A DNA stretch of 62,682 nucleotides, filler included, from Gonapodya sp. JEL0774 (GCA_027604505.1; 24 parts of 24 records of this genome joined end to end with filler, not necessarily neighbours in it); one strand, 5' to 3'. Counted from the whole stretch's first letter, positions 11,012 through 24,785 are shown. A program made the numbers and translations. The notes: generated by a model not told the origin, from the letters alone.

Positions 11012-13063
11012 CACTGGGACTGTCGTGGCCTTAACCATGGTGTGGTTATGCCAAATAACCACAAAAATACCACCCTGGCATAACCACCTAGGGTATTTGC
11101 ATGGTTAGGGTGTGGTTAAGTATGATTTTAACCATCTTTTCACCATCAAGGGAATCTGGTTGGTTATCTATGCACGTGGTTATCTTGTGTAACCACCCTT
11201 GCACCATGGTTTTCACTTAACCACAGTGTGCGCCCTTGGTTTCTCAGTTTACGACCCCTGAACCTTCCTGGGATTGGAAATTCAAGGTTTACTCATATGA
11301 TTTATGCAGAAGAATACCCATGAATACATTAAGTCAAACATAGCAAAGCTCAAGCTATATTGTAGCTGGAACCAAACCCTATCCCTGGGTGCTCCAAGTC
11401 AACTCCATCTGGAATCCTGATGTTGTGTGTGTCCAGTGGATACCTCATACTTGGGAAGAGGTTCACATTTGTGCAATCCAGAGAAGCCCCTAAGAGGAGT
11501 GGAAACCTGTCTATGTTGTCATTCCTGACACCTGGCCTACAATTGGAACCTCTTGGTCTCTCCACTGCCCAGTGTTGAGACAAAGCTGCAAGCTCCAAAT
11601 ACTCTGCTCGTCCCTTCTGTGAAGTTGGAACATCCAGACAAATTGCAGTATGATAGTTCCCAAAGGCATGCTCTGGATGCGCCACCTTTTCACCTTCCAC
11701 TGTAAAATCTATCCCCTTCTTGAGAACCAGTAGCTCGCTGGGGTCCTTAGGGTCTCTAGCCACCTCACACGAGATGATGGTTTGTCTGTTGTAGCTCCAG
11801 TGCTCCCACACAGCATGTCCCCTGGTGAGTGATTGTCGGTACCAACGCATACGAGTAATGTTGATGTCTCCTTTTAGAACAGTTACACAGCACATGGCCA
11901 GCCAGAATGTTGTGCCAGTGCGAACATCAAATGGTCGCTGAATGTGGACAAGAATATCCCCTTTCCTCACAGTGGTTGGAAAAGGTTCGTCTATAAAGTA
12001 AAGTGTAAGAATAGGTTACAAATAGGTGTGAGAGCAATGCAATCACTTTCATACAATCCCAGATGTACTCACTTAAGTCGGCAAGATTCCGTTCTTCTTT
12101 TCTCTTAATGAAAAGATCATATGTATGGAACTTTTCAGGTGGAAATGTGTCCAGACTACCTCGTTGAATGGCATTGAGCTCCCAGCATAAACATCTGAGG
12201 GGATACGCCTTCACTACCAGCTGGGAGAAGGCATTGGCACCAATTGTCCAGATAGCATCCAGACCACCCCCCCCCTCCACCTTGTAATCAATACCACGCG
12301 CCAGCACCACAGGATCTGTTCCATTTGAGCACAGAAAGGCATCCTTTATCTCGATGCTGTGATCTTCTCCACTTGGATCAGGCGCCGCCAAATAGCTCAA
12401 AGTCTCACCACTACAGTGCTGCAGATAGTAGCCCTCCATAATGGTATCGCGTGGATTTATCTGAGATGTAACAACAGACATCCACAAGAAATCGTGGATT
12501 CTGACTTGATCCCTTGGTGCCAAAATGACTACAAGAGACTCTGGTGGAATAGGCTTAGTAATACCTTTCAATAATTAAACTTAGGAAATACTGTTTAAAA
12601 TGTGCTCTATCTACATCACTCACCCTGCCTCCAGTTCCCAATATCTGGCTTGTCATATGAAAATCTGGAGACAGGGTTTGATTTTTGAGATTTCTTGACA
12701 GGAGCCAGATTCTCTTACCTAATTGGCATCTCATCATCTGTTGACACCTCAGCCTCCTTCTCCTTCTTCTTCTTGCTTTGACTGTTACGGGGGGTGGTCT
12801 TACGTACAAGAGCGAGCATAGTCCTGGGACGGTTATGGGGGGCAGTCTTTAAAGAAGCGAGCATGGTCTTGAGCTTCTTTGGAGCTGCCACTTTTGAGCT
12901 TTGTGCTGATGACACACGCCTCTTCTTGTCACCAGATGTCAGGGGCCTGGATCGGGCACTTGATGACGATCCCCTACCCCTGGGGCTGTTGATGTAACCA
13001 CTGGGCCAAGTGCAAAACCTGTACAGAGGCAGAGTGCTGGATTCTCATATATAATCTCAACAC
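11012..13063 (-). mobile_element. CACTG-terminated (CACTA/CMC-like) DNA element inserted into the copia integrase
   Basis: Copia homology stops exactly at CACTG (11012). About 11 TAACCA/TGGTTA motifs in both orientations follow (11030-11225), then a spliced gene pointing toward this end. Confidence 0.6.
11350..13063 (-). CDS. Unknown spliced cargo protein with a basic linker and two related beta-rich (BAH-like) domains, 5' truncated
   Basis: ORFs 12715-12915, 11927-12571 and 11350-11970 are separated by intron-like gaps. The internal repeat reads VLARGIDYKVEG versus VLKKGIDFTVEG. Confidence 0.55.
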
Positions 13064-13163
13064 NNNNNNNNNNNNNNNNNNNNNNNNNNNNNNNNNNNNN
13101 NNNNNNNTTAATTAATTAANNNNNNNNNNNNNNNNNNNNNNNNNNNNNNNNNNNNNNNNNNNN

Positions 13164-13500
13164 GGTGAAGGGCATAATTTGTAAGCTCAGTTGTGTGCAC
13201 AGAGAAAATATAGATAAGCAACCCAACATCCATCTCAACACAGTCTTTTGGACAATCAGCTCTGGTCAGTCTTACACCAGGTTGTACATTCAACATTCAA
13301 ACTTCCTCCAACAGCTCAATAATTTTTTCATGATGGTGGATGCCGATGGTTCCAGTCAGAGGGTTGTGGTGTGTTTGAACTCCAAGAAAAGCTTCCAGCT
13401 TCCTGGATTTCACTTTTAAGGGCTGTGCCAGCTTCTTTGAAAATTCATCTAGAAGTGTTGGAACTCCAAACTTGTCTTTTCTCACACAGTACATGGGAAA
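13164..13500 (-). mobile_element. Second decayed copia reverse-transcriptase fragment
   Basis: LEAFLGVQTHHNPLTGTIGIHHHEKIIELLEE matches the post-YVDD FLG.....i.Q.kyi..lL block and is followed by a stop. Confidence 0.7.
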
Positions 13501-13787
13501 GTGGGCTGTTTATATGTACTTGGACCTGCTGTGCCACACAGGCCTCAGTGATGACTCATCCAACCACTTTCCCAACTCATCTCTGGAGCCCAAATCCAAC
13601 ATATACAATTTATTGTGTCACCAATGGTATTACATCCAAGACTTCACACACCCCCTGAAACAAAACACTCCAGTGTGTTGTTTCCAACCAACTCCAACTA
13701 TCCAACTGCTCCCAATCCCATCCCTGCGTAGTGTTGCTGAAAATTTGTCAAGAATAGTGGACATCCTTGTCTGTGCAACTCTCTATA

Positions 13788-15358
13788 TTACACGCCAGCA
13801 CACTCATCTATGTGCAGCAGACTAGTATACAAATATATAGTACACACAACATCAAATATATCCAACACAGTCATTCCCATAGAAGTTCGGTGTTTTTCAA
13901 AAGTTTCCTTAGGTAAGGACTTAGTTAAAAGATCAGCAGTGTTCCGACTTGTTGGAACATAAAGTAATTGAAGAGTCTTCTTCTTAATCTCGTCACGTAC
14001 GAAGAAATATTTAATGTCAAAGTGTTTGGTCATTTGATGATTCTTCTGATTATCTGCCAAGGAGATTTTGCCTTTGTTGTCACCAAGCAACTCTTCTGGT
14101 TTGCCTCTTCCAATCAAATCAATATTATCTTTCAGAGGTTGTCCAAGTTCCATAAAAACATTCTTGAGCCATAAAAGCTCCTTCACTGCATGATGCTGAG
14201 AGACAAATTCAGCATATGTTGTCGAGTCTGTCAGTAGTTCTTGCTTTTTAGAACTCCAGCTAATAGCTCCCTCTGACAACATAAATACGTAATCCTGTCG
14301 GGATTTCACAGCAAATTTGTCTGAAGCATAGGACAAATCATAATATCCATAGAGGTTTGTGCGAATTGTGCTCCGGCAAAAATCATTCTGGCCGAGGTAA
14401 GTAATGCAGAAACGTAGAGTACCCTTCAAGTAACGTAACAAGTGAAGAAAAGCATCATAGTGCTTCTTACTAGGATTACCAAGAGCCTCAGTTAAAACAC
14501 GATTGGCTGTAGCACAGTCACGCCGGCTTGTAATAACAATTCACTGCACCAACACCGACACATTAAGCCTAAGTTGTGGGACAATCTGTGTGAGAAAATA
14601 AAGCACCCTGCGGGGTAGGGGTGGACATGGGAATACAATCTAACAAGCCAAATTCCTCCAAGAGAGCAGTAATTTTCTTCTCATTATTAATGGTGATTGT
14701 ATGAGTAGCTAAATCTCTGAAAATTTGGGAGCCAAGTAAGCCACATAAAGTACACCAAGAAACTTTTCAACATTCTGCTAACTCCATGACAAAATCTTCC
14801 TTCTGTTGGTCTGCCTTTGCAATGAATAAACCATCATCAACATGCGTACCACACACCATGCGGCGTTTGGGATCATTAGGAGCACAAACAAAGAGAGCAA
14901 TATCACAAAAAAGTTGTTTAAAGCCCATGTCCTTCAAAGTCTAATGAACAATTCCTGCCAAACATTTGGAGCTTGCTTCAAGCCATATAAAGATTTGCAC
15001 AGTTTGCAATATCCATGTGGCTGCTTCATATAAACGTTTTCAACCAAATCACCATTTAAAAATGCATTGCCAATGTCAAATTGGAGAATTGCTAGACCAT
15101 CTTGTGCTGCCAGAGCTAAAAGAATCTTGCAAGATTTCCCGTTCATTGAAGCAGCAACGTTTGATTATAATCAATACCATCCTTTTGAGTGAATCTACGT
15201 GCACACCAACACACCTTAAACCGAATATGGTCATTTTCTAATTCCTTTGCGGCATAGACCCATTTGCTGGTGAGAATGGGGTGACCTTTAGGAACGGATT
15301 CAATAGGTACTAGATTCCATGTACCAAATTTGTTTAATTGATTAAATTCATTCTGCAT
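13788..15358 (-). mobile_element. Decayed Ty1/copia reverse transcriptase and RNase H
   Basis: [83 protein letters not shown] and NTADLLTK, broken by frameshifts. Confidence 0.95.
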
Positions 15359-15790
15359 TGTTGAGATGGGTGTGTTTCAACATTTTGGACGGCTCCAGCG
15401 CCATGCGGGGGTTTGATAGGAGACAGGGTGTTGTCTTCTGTCCATTCTGTCAGAGTCATCAAATTGAACTGGGATGACAGGTGGGATTCTTGTTGAGATA
15501 TGGGTGGTTTGACGTTTCGGATCGCTCTAGCGCCACGGGGAGTTGGAATTCTGGGATATTTAATGGAGCAAAATTACTCGTCGTAAAATTCTCTACAAGT
15601 TTGTCCTTTACAATTTTGTCGTAGCGTTATTGGTTAGTGAGCTACACTAGGGAACGTGGGTAACTTGGTGCACACACTTGGGGACGGTACNNNNNNNNNN
15701 NNNNNNNNNNNNNNNNNNNNNNNNNNNNNNNNNNTTAATTAATTAANNNNNNNNNNNNNNNNNNNNNNNNNNNNNNNNNNNNNNNNNNNN

Positions 15791-18316
15791 CCGTCCGCAA
15801 TCGCAACGTAGGATCCTTCGATGGGTGGGTCGGGGAAACGGATGGGGTTCAAAACCTACGCGGACGTAGAAGGCAGGAATTGTCAGTTGCATTCCAAGCC
15901 TGGTCAGATTATGCATTCTCCAAAGACTCACATCAGTGGCAGGAATGATGAGGTCCATCACAATGTCAGGTGTCGGCTTGTCGTTACCCGCTCCGTGGAT
16001 GATACCGTCACAAACAATGAGAAGAAGCTTGCGCTCGTCAGGGTAGTCAGTAAGGGCCAATGAATCGATAGTTTGGCTCATGGAATCATAACCTTCCGAG
16101 TAACTGTGCGTAGAGTCGAGTTGGCAGTTGTAATTGGGGACACCAAGTCGCCATCCGTTTCCCAAACTCACCATGTGATCATCAGAACGATGTGCATCAA
16201 GTCGCTCCTCCAGCCTTCTGGAATTTGCCTGGGTTTCCACATTGCGTTGGGCATGATGGACGACGCCTGGCTCCCACTCGTCATGATACTGTCCGTGTCC
16301 GACTTGTGGCCCCGCTCGTCAGCAGATACAATTTCCACCTTGATCCCTCCAGCTCCATCGGGTACACGACGGGCACGGAAGTTGCCGCTGCCCACGTCGG
16401 ACATGGCCATGTCACGACCATTGGGGGTGATGGCAACCATGCTCTCGGAGAGGGGACCTTTGGTGGGTGGGTGGTGATTCTTTCGAGTGGCGGAAGAGTC
16501 ACCGAGGCGCCATGACAGAGACCAGGAGAAGAGCACGGCGAGCATAAACTTGATCACGACCTGTGGATATATCGAAAGAGAACGTGGATAAGTTGCAACA
16601 CTTGCAAGAACATCAGTTGCAAGTCACTTACGATAGCAACGATGAACACCAGCGATACGTATAACACGATCTGGGAAATGATGCACCCGGGAGTGTTGGG
16701 TTCGAGAACTCCGACCTTGAATATCTCGGACAGGCAGCGAGCCTTTCCCCTCAGCTCCGCCGAGTTGGACATTGCAGCGGTCATATCACCTCCCAAATGC
16801 GACAGAATAATGTTGTAGACGTCGTCACCCATGAATTTCGGGTTCTCCGCGAGCAAACGGAACACGTCCAGGACATCGCCATTGTACACCACAAGAAGGG
16901 GAGGTTGCACGGTTACGTTACCGGCCCTTTGCTTCGGCGCGGATTCCGTAATGTTTGTCCATTCGTAAAACACCTCACCCTGGTAAGTGAGTTTGCTCAG
17001 CGCAGACCTCGATGTGTTCGTCAAGTGGCACACGGGGGCTTGTCCGACAAACCGCGGCCACACGTCCAATGCTGTGCAGTTCCAGTTGGTCCACCCCTTT
17101 GGAGCGTAAGGGGCGCATGCGGAGCTGCTCGTTGGAACGGGGAACAGGAAACCAATATCCTTCCCAACTGCAGCCTCGTAGAGACTGATCGCACCCTGGG
17201 TAGTGGTCGGGTGAATGAAAGTCGATTTGTCGGTTTGGATGGTGGAGTAGGCTTTGCCGTGCACGGAAAAGTAACCAATGGTTTTCATGACCGTTTGGGG
17301 AACGCGAGGTGTGGGCGCACCGCAAACGGCCTGGTTGAAACCAAAGGTGATGAACCCAACCATGCCGCAGATGAAAATGATGATGGTGACCAGCGCGACC
17401 TTTTCCCGCCATGCGTGTCTGATGGGTACCGTCTTCATGCCACAGGCTTCGAGCATGAACGGTGGATAGCAGCAGGTCAAACACAGAGTCATGTATCGCC
17501 ACCAGGAGGCTGGTCTGTCTTCTTCACGGGCACGGCGCTGGGGTGCGGCGACGGGTTCGCGGGCGCGGCCGAGGAGGATGGAGCGGGAGCGGACAGGGCG
17601 GCCGCTGGATACGGTGGAACCTTCGACGAGGGGTTGCGAGGAGAGAGATCCCTGGGAGTTGATGTTTCTACGGGAAGCGGTGGAGCGGTGGGCGACAGTG
17701 GGTGCGATGGGTGCGGGGCCCATGTCGTCGTCGCGGGAAACACCCGGCACAGGTGGTCGGCGGTCCCGCTGTCCGCGGTTCCGTTCGGGGCGGACGAGAG
17801 ATTTCCGTCGACTCATGTTGGTGGACATGGTCTCAGGAGGTATTCCGGGGGAGTCGTCGACCACAGGGCGGTGGGCGGGCATGACGATGGATCCAGGTGC
17901 GGAGCGACGGGGAGGGGCGTTGACATTGCTTCGAGATGCCGAGCGGGAGTAGTTACTGTAGCCATTGCCGTTGCCATTGCCGCCGTTGTTAGTAAGAGTT
18001 TGGTCTGATCCTGGTGAGGGTTGTTGGTAACCGCCACCAGCATAGTTGCCATCAGAGTACTCGGGAGGGCGAGAATAGTTTCCTTGAGCCTGAACCCGGG
18101 AAACTGATGCATGTCTAGGGGGTGCATTAGCGTATTGGTCGCCCGAGTATCCCGAGTTGCTGCGTTGCTGGTCGCCATATTGGCTTTGGGGGGCTTGTCG
18201 GCGTGACGACTGGCCATAGTTTTGTTGGCCACCGTCCGGGGGTCCTTGCGGGTATCCCCCGTTGTAGGAATTCTGATTAGGAGGTGGTGGCATTGAAGAA
18301 GGGGGTGGTAACAAAA
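15791..18316 (-). CDS. Chitin synthase, division 2 class IV (CHS3-like), truncated at both ends
   Basis: RRKSLVRPER, AWREKVALV..GFITFGF, cytochrome-b5-like segments (LVVYNGDVLDV), YSEGYDSMSQTIDSLALTDYPDERKLLLIVCDGII.GAGND. An intron lies at about 16561-16631. Confidence 0.95.
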
Positions 18317-18416
18317 NNNNNNNNNNNNNNNNNNNNNNNNNNNNNNNNNNNNNNNNNNNNTTAATTAATTAANNNNNNNNNNNNNNNNNNNNNNNNNNNN
18401 NNNNNNNNNNNNNNNN

Positions 18417-20940
18417 TGGTCGCTCGGGAAACTGGGGAGAGTCCGCCAAGGAAAATCCGATATCGAATTCCCCAACATCAAAACGACGGACTGGATGTAG
18501 GGCACAGAAACAGTGACAGGCAAGCAGAGGTGATCATATGCAATCAAAATAGATGTTGGCAGCAATCTGTGAGAGTTTTTCTGCATTGAGTTCTTAGTAG
18601 TCCGCTCTTTAATGACTCAGAAAGACTCACTGAACGAGGAGCTCGAACTCCGAAATCGATTTGAGGTACTCAATTGCATTCTGTGCCTCCCGCTCGCAAT
18701 CGAACAGTGGGGCCTGCCGAGCCGCAGGTACTCGCTTCGCTCGCTTTCACAAGGAGACGAACGAAAATTACAGATTGATTTGCCCTCAGTGAGTAATATA
18801 GCCTACCTCCCAAATTTCCTCCCAAAGATTTCCCGGATCCCGCATTCGAGCACTCAGCTCAAAACTCCCGTCTGCGCGTTCAACCCAATCTCGAGGAGAA
18901 TGCCATCGCACGAAATCTCCGAGAACCGCACCAGGATTAGCAGCCTTGAATGCCTCCATGTCTTGACGATCAGAGGAAACTTCGTGGACGACTAATCTTC
19001 GGTTACAGCCATAGGGTACTCGACTCACCACTTTCCAAGCCCTTTAGCTGCGAATGCACCCGCTCACCGGTATCGGCGCTCCTTTCCCACTCTTTTTCTT
19101 GTTCCCGAAGCATATCTTCAGTCAAGAATCCAGTGTCCTGAACTTCAGGTTCCCACATTTCTTCTCCTGTGTTCAACAGTTTCAATCTCAGAGGTCGCAA
19201 GTGGCCAACACGCTCTTCGCTGATTGACAGTTCCATTGAGACGTCTTTATTCGTTTCTGAGACCTCGAGCGACGAATGCTCCGATCTGTCCAAGGATGGG
19301 TGATGAAGTGGCTGTCTTTTCCCAAAACTTGATTGATTCACATCGATGAAGGAACCATGACTTTGAAAGCTCCCATCTACAGTCGTGGAATCCTTTGGGA
19401 GAGAGGAAGGTATCGGAAGAGGCTCTGCGCGGCTTTGTACCGCCAGTGTATTTGTAATTGAACTAGAAGGCTTGCTGGAGAAACTTTCGCTCCCATCTGG
19501 TGCGGATGACGGTCCTTGCACTGAGTCAAAAAATACATCGTCGTCATCATCGTCATCAGACCATACTGCACTTGACTTCTCATCGCCAGATGTGGATGCA
19601 CCCGCCACAAGGTGCTCGTGTGGCCACAAATCTCGTTCATCTAGATCCCAACTGTTGCTTCTAGCAGGGTCTGTAGCCAAAGAAGATCTCATGAGCGTAG
19701 GCGCCTGCGGTGGTGATTTCATAAGAGGGCCAACATGCCAATTTTCAGCTTGCCCGGGGGTGCTTCTTTCTTCAGTGATCCGGTCAAATAGTTTCACCAA
19801 AGCAGCACCCCCCGTGGCAGCGCCCACGTCCGCAAAGTCCGACAGCAGAGAGCGTAGCTTCTGAGCTCCTCGACCGACCGCCTGAGTGGCGACTTCCGGG
19901 ATAACTGTCTCTGTAGGTGAATGAGAACCGAGTCCAGAAAAGAGAGACCGATACGCTTCAGCAGCCTCAGTTGAAGCAAATGGTTCTCCGATGTTTCCCA
20001 CAATAGTTGCCTGAGGAGAATGAGATGCTTGACCAGCTATAGTAGTTGACGCCGCTGGAGATCGCTTCATAGGCGCTCCTCCCCACTTCCGCTTGACAAA
20101 CACGCAACAGTTCACCATTTCCAGTTTCTGTTCCACCAAAGCATATCGCAGATCAATCCTCGGTGGAGATTGATGACTCTGTGAAGGTTCTTGTCCACCC
20201 ACTCCAACCAAAAAGGTGCCTTCTCTCCATGCACTTTCGACCTCCAGGACCACTTCCCGCCAGACGGCTTTGAGGAATCCTGAAACACCGTGCTGAAAAC
20301 GTAGTGTTCTCAAGGGAGAGATTGCGTCGGCCAGTCGAACGGCCAGCTGCCACAGGAGTCCATCGACAGGTGTGCATCCAGGGATTCGTCCCATCAGTTT
20401 GTCCACGGTGGACAGCTTCTGTGTGGTGGATGGAGAGACCTTCGTCGTTGCGTAAGATGGCTGGGAAGAATTCGATGCCCATCGCGACATGGCATATGTC
20501 TCTGGATCAAACAGTCGTGCAACGGTACTACCGACATCCTCAATATCAACCACAGAAAGCGACGAATCAGCTCCCGCAACAACCCCTGAAGCACTTGAAG
20601 AGGCAAGGAAAGGCGGGTGTGAGTACGGTGGATAGTATGATTGTGGATTCGCAGCGGTTGCGAAGGAACCTGGAACTGACGTCATGTTGATTGAAGCAGC
20701 AGAGGGTAGTATAGGCCCAACGCTTGTGATTGATTCGGCACGGTGGAGTTCTTCAACAAGTTGGGCAAGCCCATTCGCGAGAACGGCGAACTCTGACGAA
20801 TCTTCTTCGGGAATACGCCATTCGGAACCAATCACAAGGGAAGTCACTCGATTTCTGTCCACCTCCATCTCATCAAAATTGAGGTATGACGAGGAACAAT
20901 CCACCGAGCTATACGCGTGCAGTCGAATATAGGTAAGGGG
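18417..20940 (-). CDS. RAB3GAP1: Rab3 GTPase-activating protein catalytic subunit, partial
   Basis: IDLRYALVEQKLEMVNCC, LLNTGEEMWEPEVQDTGFLTEDMLREQ and DMEAFKAANPGAVLGDFVRWHSPRDW. Confidence 0.93.
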
Positions 20941-21368
20941 NNNNNNNNNNNNNNNNNNNNNNNNNNNNNNNNNNNNNNNNNNNNTTAATTAATTAANNNN
21001 NNNNNNNNNNNNNNNNNNNNNNNNNNNNNNNNNNNNNNNNAAAAGTGCCTCGAATGATGCATACCAAAGCTGATTGTGCTTTTCAAGCAGGTGGGATGGA
21101 TTCTAATGGTGACGTCACAGACAGTTCAAGACACAGAGTGTTGACTAGTTGGACTGACAATGGCAAAACGTTCGAAATGTAAATCCATCGACATCGACAG
21201 AAAAATGAATTCAATTGAAGACCTACAAAAAGTTGTTTCGGGCTCCGACTTCCTGTATCACAACACTTGGTGATCCTTGACTCCGCAGGCGGAACACGTT
21301 GCCCCATCAAGCATTTTCCTTCCCTTCTTCCCCCCTCGAAGCTTTCACGATCGGCGACCGCACTGAAT

Positions 21369-22287
21369 ATGTCGCCTACACAAGCAACTTCGACTTCAGC
21401 AACGGCACCGGATTCTTCATCCCCAGTCGTGGTGCGGATGGGAGGAGTTCCCGAACACTTCACAGTGCCGCTGGAAGCAGCGATACCCGATTGGACGATT
21501 CCTGCCCGCGGGATTTGAAGTTGAATGGAAGCGATGCCATGGGGGGTACCGCTGAAGTGAGTGTATCGGTTGGTTGCGGACGGCATCCCGCGACGTTTTT
21601 TGGGAAACAGCTTCGCAGGCACAACACTCGACTTTCGGAGCCCCCACGAACTCTGTCAGTGACGCAAAGACTTCGTTTCTTCGCCTTTTCCATGTCTGTT
21701 GTCCTCGCGCCGCTTTCCCATTGATTGAATTATCCCAAGTCGTTGTCTGTTTCTGGCCTTCCCCCGACTCACCTGGTATCCTCATCTTGTATCCGCAGAT
21801 GCTTTCCGGTCAGTCATCGGGATCCCTTGATACCGCTTTTCCTCTCACCGAATCCGCAATAGCTGGTACGTGATGCTCTCGCTCGCTGACCTTACGTCAC
21901 AACCTCACACAACGTTTCACACCTTCCAATACCATCCCACGTCCCACCACCCTCTCTGTCACTTCCCAGGCATCGCATCGTCCGCGCACCCCACCATCCG
22001 CCCCATCGGCGCCTACGTCTCTTCCACCTTGAACCGGGCCGTCTCGTTTCACCCCGACTCCACCTTCTGAACCCAACGCGACCTCCAAAGTGCCATCTCC
22101 CGTTACGACGTCGGGCTCACACGTCATGGCAACGGTGTTCGAGGACGGACTGCGACGGACCGCGGAGGGGGAAAGTGTACCTGTTCAACCCGTTGAGTAC
22201 ATCGTCTGCGGAACCGGTGAGGGCATGATCAAGGCATTCAGAGACAAAAAGGCGCATTTCTGTATGTGGGAATACTTTATGTCTAAG
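21369..22287 (+). pseudogene. Type 2 periplasmic-binding-fold protein (Ca3427-like, NMT1/THI5 superfamily) with frameshifts and a stop
   Basis: VRMGGVPEHF, GGTAE-MLS..LTE, IGAYVSSTL, ISR..SGSHVMA and FCMWEYFMSK occur in order, but switch frame at about 21495, 21530 and 22110, with a TGA at 22068-22070. Confidence 0.75.
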
Positions 22288-24785
22288 GTGAGCGACGTGA
22301 TGGCGGCGTAAGCCAACCCCCGAGTACGTATCGGTCGGAGGATTGGCTTTGTCGTAGTTTCGAGGCCAGGACGTCAGCGGGAGAGACTCTGATGGGAGGC
22401 TCTGGAGTGCAATCGCAGTGTTGCATTTGTGCCGGTTAATCTCGCTGGCACCGGTCGGGATCGGAAACGCTCACACCCGGAGTGATGTTCCACCGGAGGA
22501 ATCAGATTCTTGCGCATTGTCGAATTTCAAAGGGCGACGCGCAGAGGCTGGGGCTATATATCGCATCTGCCCCGCAGAGTGGACCTGGAAACCGGGAGAG
22601 AGTGGACCACTGAACACTCGAAAGGAACGAACAACCACAGAGAGACCGAGGCACGAGTGAGAATGGAGCGGACCAGTCAGAACTGAGTTGTGGCCGCGGT
22701 CCGCTGGCGCTCCGTACATGTGATGGAGGTGCTGCGCTGGGCCACCAAATTAAACGCATCGGTTTCCTCCAGGTATGGATGAGAATCTCCCGCGCTCGTG
22801 ATACCAGGTGGTAGGCGGATGTTACAGTGCGAGAGGAACAAAGATACCTGGTCGGGCTTATCCGCGTCAGGAGGGCGGAACAGCACTGTTTTAGAGCGGG
22901 ATGGATTTGAAGTGGGTAGATGGACAAAGGGGTCACAATCTCTGACGGATGGGCAAGGACGACAACTATTGGTGCCGAGGAACAGTGAAGAAGGTGAGTG
23001 CCAATGGCACCGGGCGTAACAAAGACGCAGCGGTGGGAACCAAGGGAATGCCGTTACGGTCCGACGGAGGGTGCATGTTCGACTCGCGGGAATGGGCCGA
23101 CGGAATGCAATCTGAGTGAAGATTGCAACTGTGGTTTATGTGGACGCCAGGTGCTACATTTATGAGTGGTTCTATTATATCGGTCTCACTTGCTCCGAAC
23201 TCCGTCCCCGAGCTCCCTCTCTCACGTTGCTCAAATGACTATCCCCCGCCCACTCCCTTCTGGGTTTCTCCCGTTCCGCAACCGCTTGTCCTCGTGGGTC
23301 TCGACCTGCCGCACTTCTCGAAATCGTCACGCTCGCTTTAGGCCCCGCCCATTTGGCTCGTCGTAATGGAAGACAAAGACTCCGACAGGCGATGCAGAAA
23401 GAAAAAAAAAGAGAGACAGGGATAATGACACGGGGACCAAGGTGAGTTTGCGGCGGTATTGTGGAGCAGAAGTTGACAGTGAGCTGAGTGTTTCATCCGA
23501 GTCTTCAAGGCTTCAACGGCAGGTGAACGCGCACTCGACCCCTTGTACCAAACGACGTGCGTGNNNNNNNNNNNNNNNNNNNNNNNNNNNNNNNNNNNNN
23601 NNNNNNNTTAATTAATTAANNNNNNNNNNNNNNNNNNNNNNNNNNNNNNNNNNNNNNNNNNNNGAATACGGCTAACTTTTTTGGAACAAGTCAGCAACGC
23701 TGAGCGGTTCAAATCGAGCTCCTCGGCTTGCAGTCTCTTGCATACAATTCGTCGCATCACCGAATACTGGGATATCATGCTCTCTGCATCTATACACGGA
23801 AATATATCGCCAGCGTTCTCTGATCAAAGAGGCAAGCAGACCCCTACATTTTCGTCACGCCCCTAGCAGAAACGTGATACATCTCTACAGCTCTCCACAA
23901 TCGCTCAACCCTCCAGCAGTACCCAGCACGTTCTTCGTTTGTCGGCCCTCCCGAGATCCCGACCCCATCGCACCATCCTCCCGAAATCCCCCCAATGCCA
24001 CTTCCGACACCGGAGATCCCACCGCCACGACCCGACGAGGTGCCAGGCGCCTACCCACCTGGTGAATCCAGACCAGAAGCTCCCGAGGTGCCTGTCACGC
24101 CTGTCACGAGAAGCCTGTGGTGGTAGGATCAGACGGGGCGGGTCTGCTGTGATTGATCTGGTAGAGTGTTGCAGAGGACTTGTAAAGTTTCGTATATAAA
24201 GCGTGCAGTGATCCAAATGAGCTCAACGGGTAGGATCCGATTTGCATGGGTATTTTCGAACAGGGAGATCAAGGTTACTAAAAATATGTATGATGACCCA
24301 TTCTTAACACTGGACGTAATACCCACAGGCAGAAAGTATTTGCTCTTTTCTTGGTTGAGGTTGATAATATATATGGCGGTGCCACACGGAAAACAAAAGG
24401 GCCCTCTCCACATATCACCCGGACATGTGGATGCCTACTATCGGAGCATATGATAGAGGCTGACACGTATCAACGCTTAGAAACTCATGTGCATAATCTC
24501 GTTGTTCAGACCTGGCGGTGGTCGACACCGATGATGCCAGGACAATGCTTCAGATCACTGCAGAAGCCCTTCTGAACGCAAGAAAGCATCCCGGGAGCAG
24601 GGCATTCAAGCCATGCATGCACGAATTACCTGATGAACTCCACATCTTTTTATTACCAAGAACTGTTCTGGATGCTTTGGAGAACGGACAAGTCCCCCTC
24701 AGCTGCTGAGGCCCTCACAAGTGATCCTTCACCGATTATCTCTTGCCCTAACTCGCCGAAACTCCGCTCGCATTTGCATCCTGCG

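Noticed and set aside
15390..15541. Two copies of GCTC(C/T)AGCGCCA next to the decayed copia RT
   Set aside because: Possibly part of another repeat, but too short to assign a structure or family.
16797..18008. 403-aa plus-strand ORF and similar long antisense ORFs (e.g. 25289-25846, 48195-49121, 55415-56137)
   Set aside because: These are shadow frames of GC-rich real genes on the opposite strand and carry no recognisable motifs.
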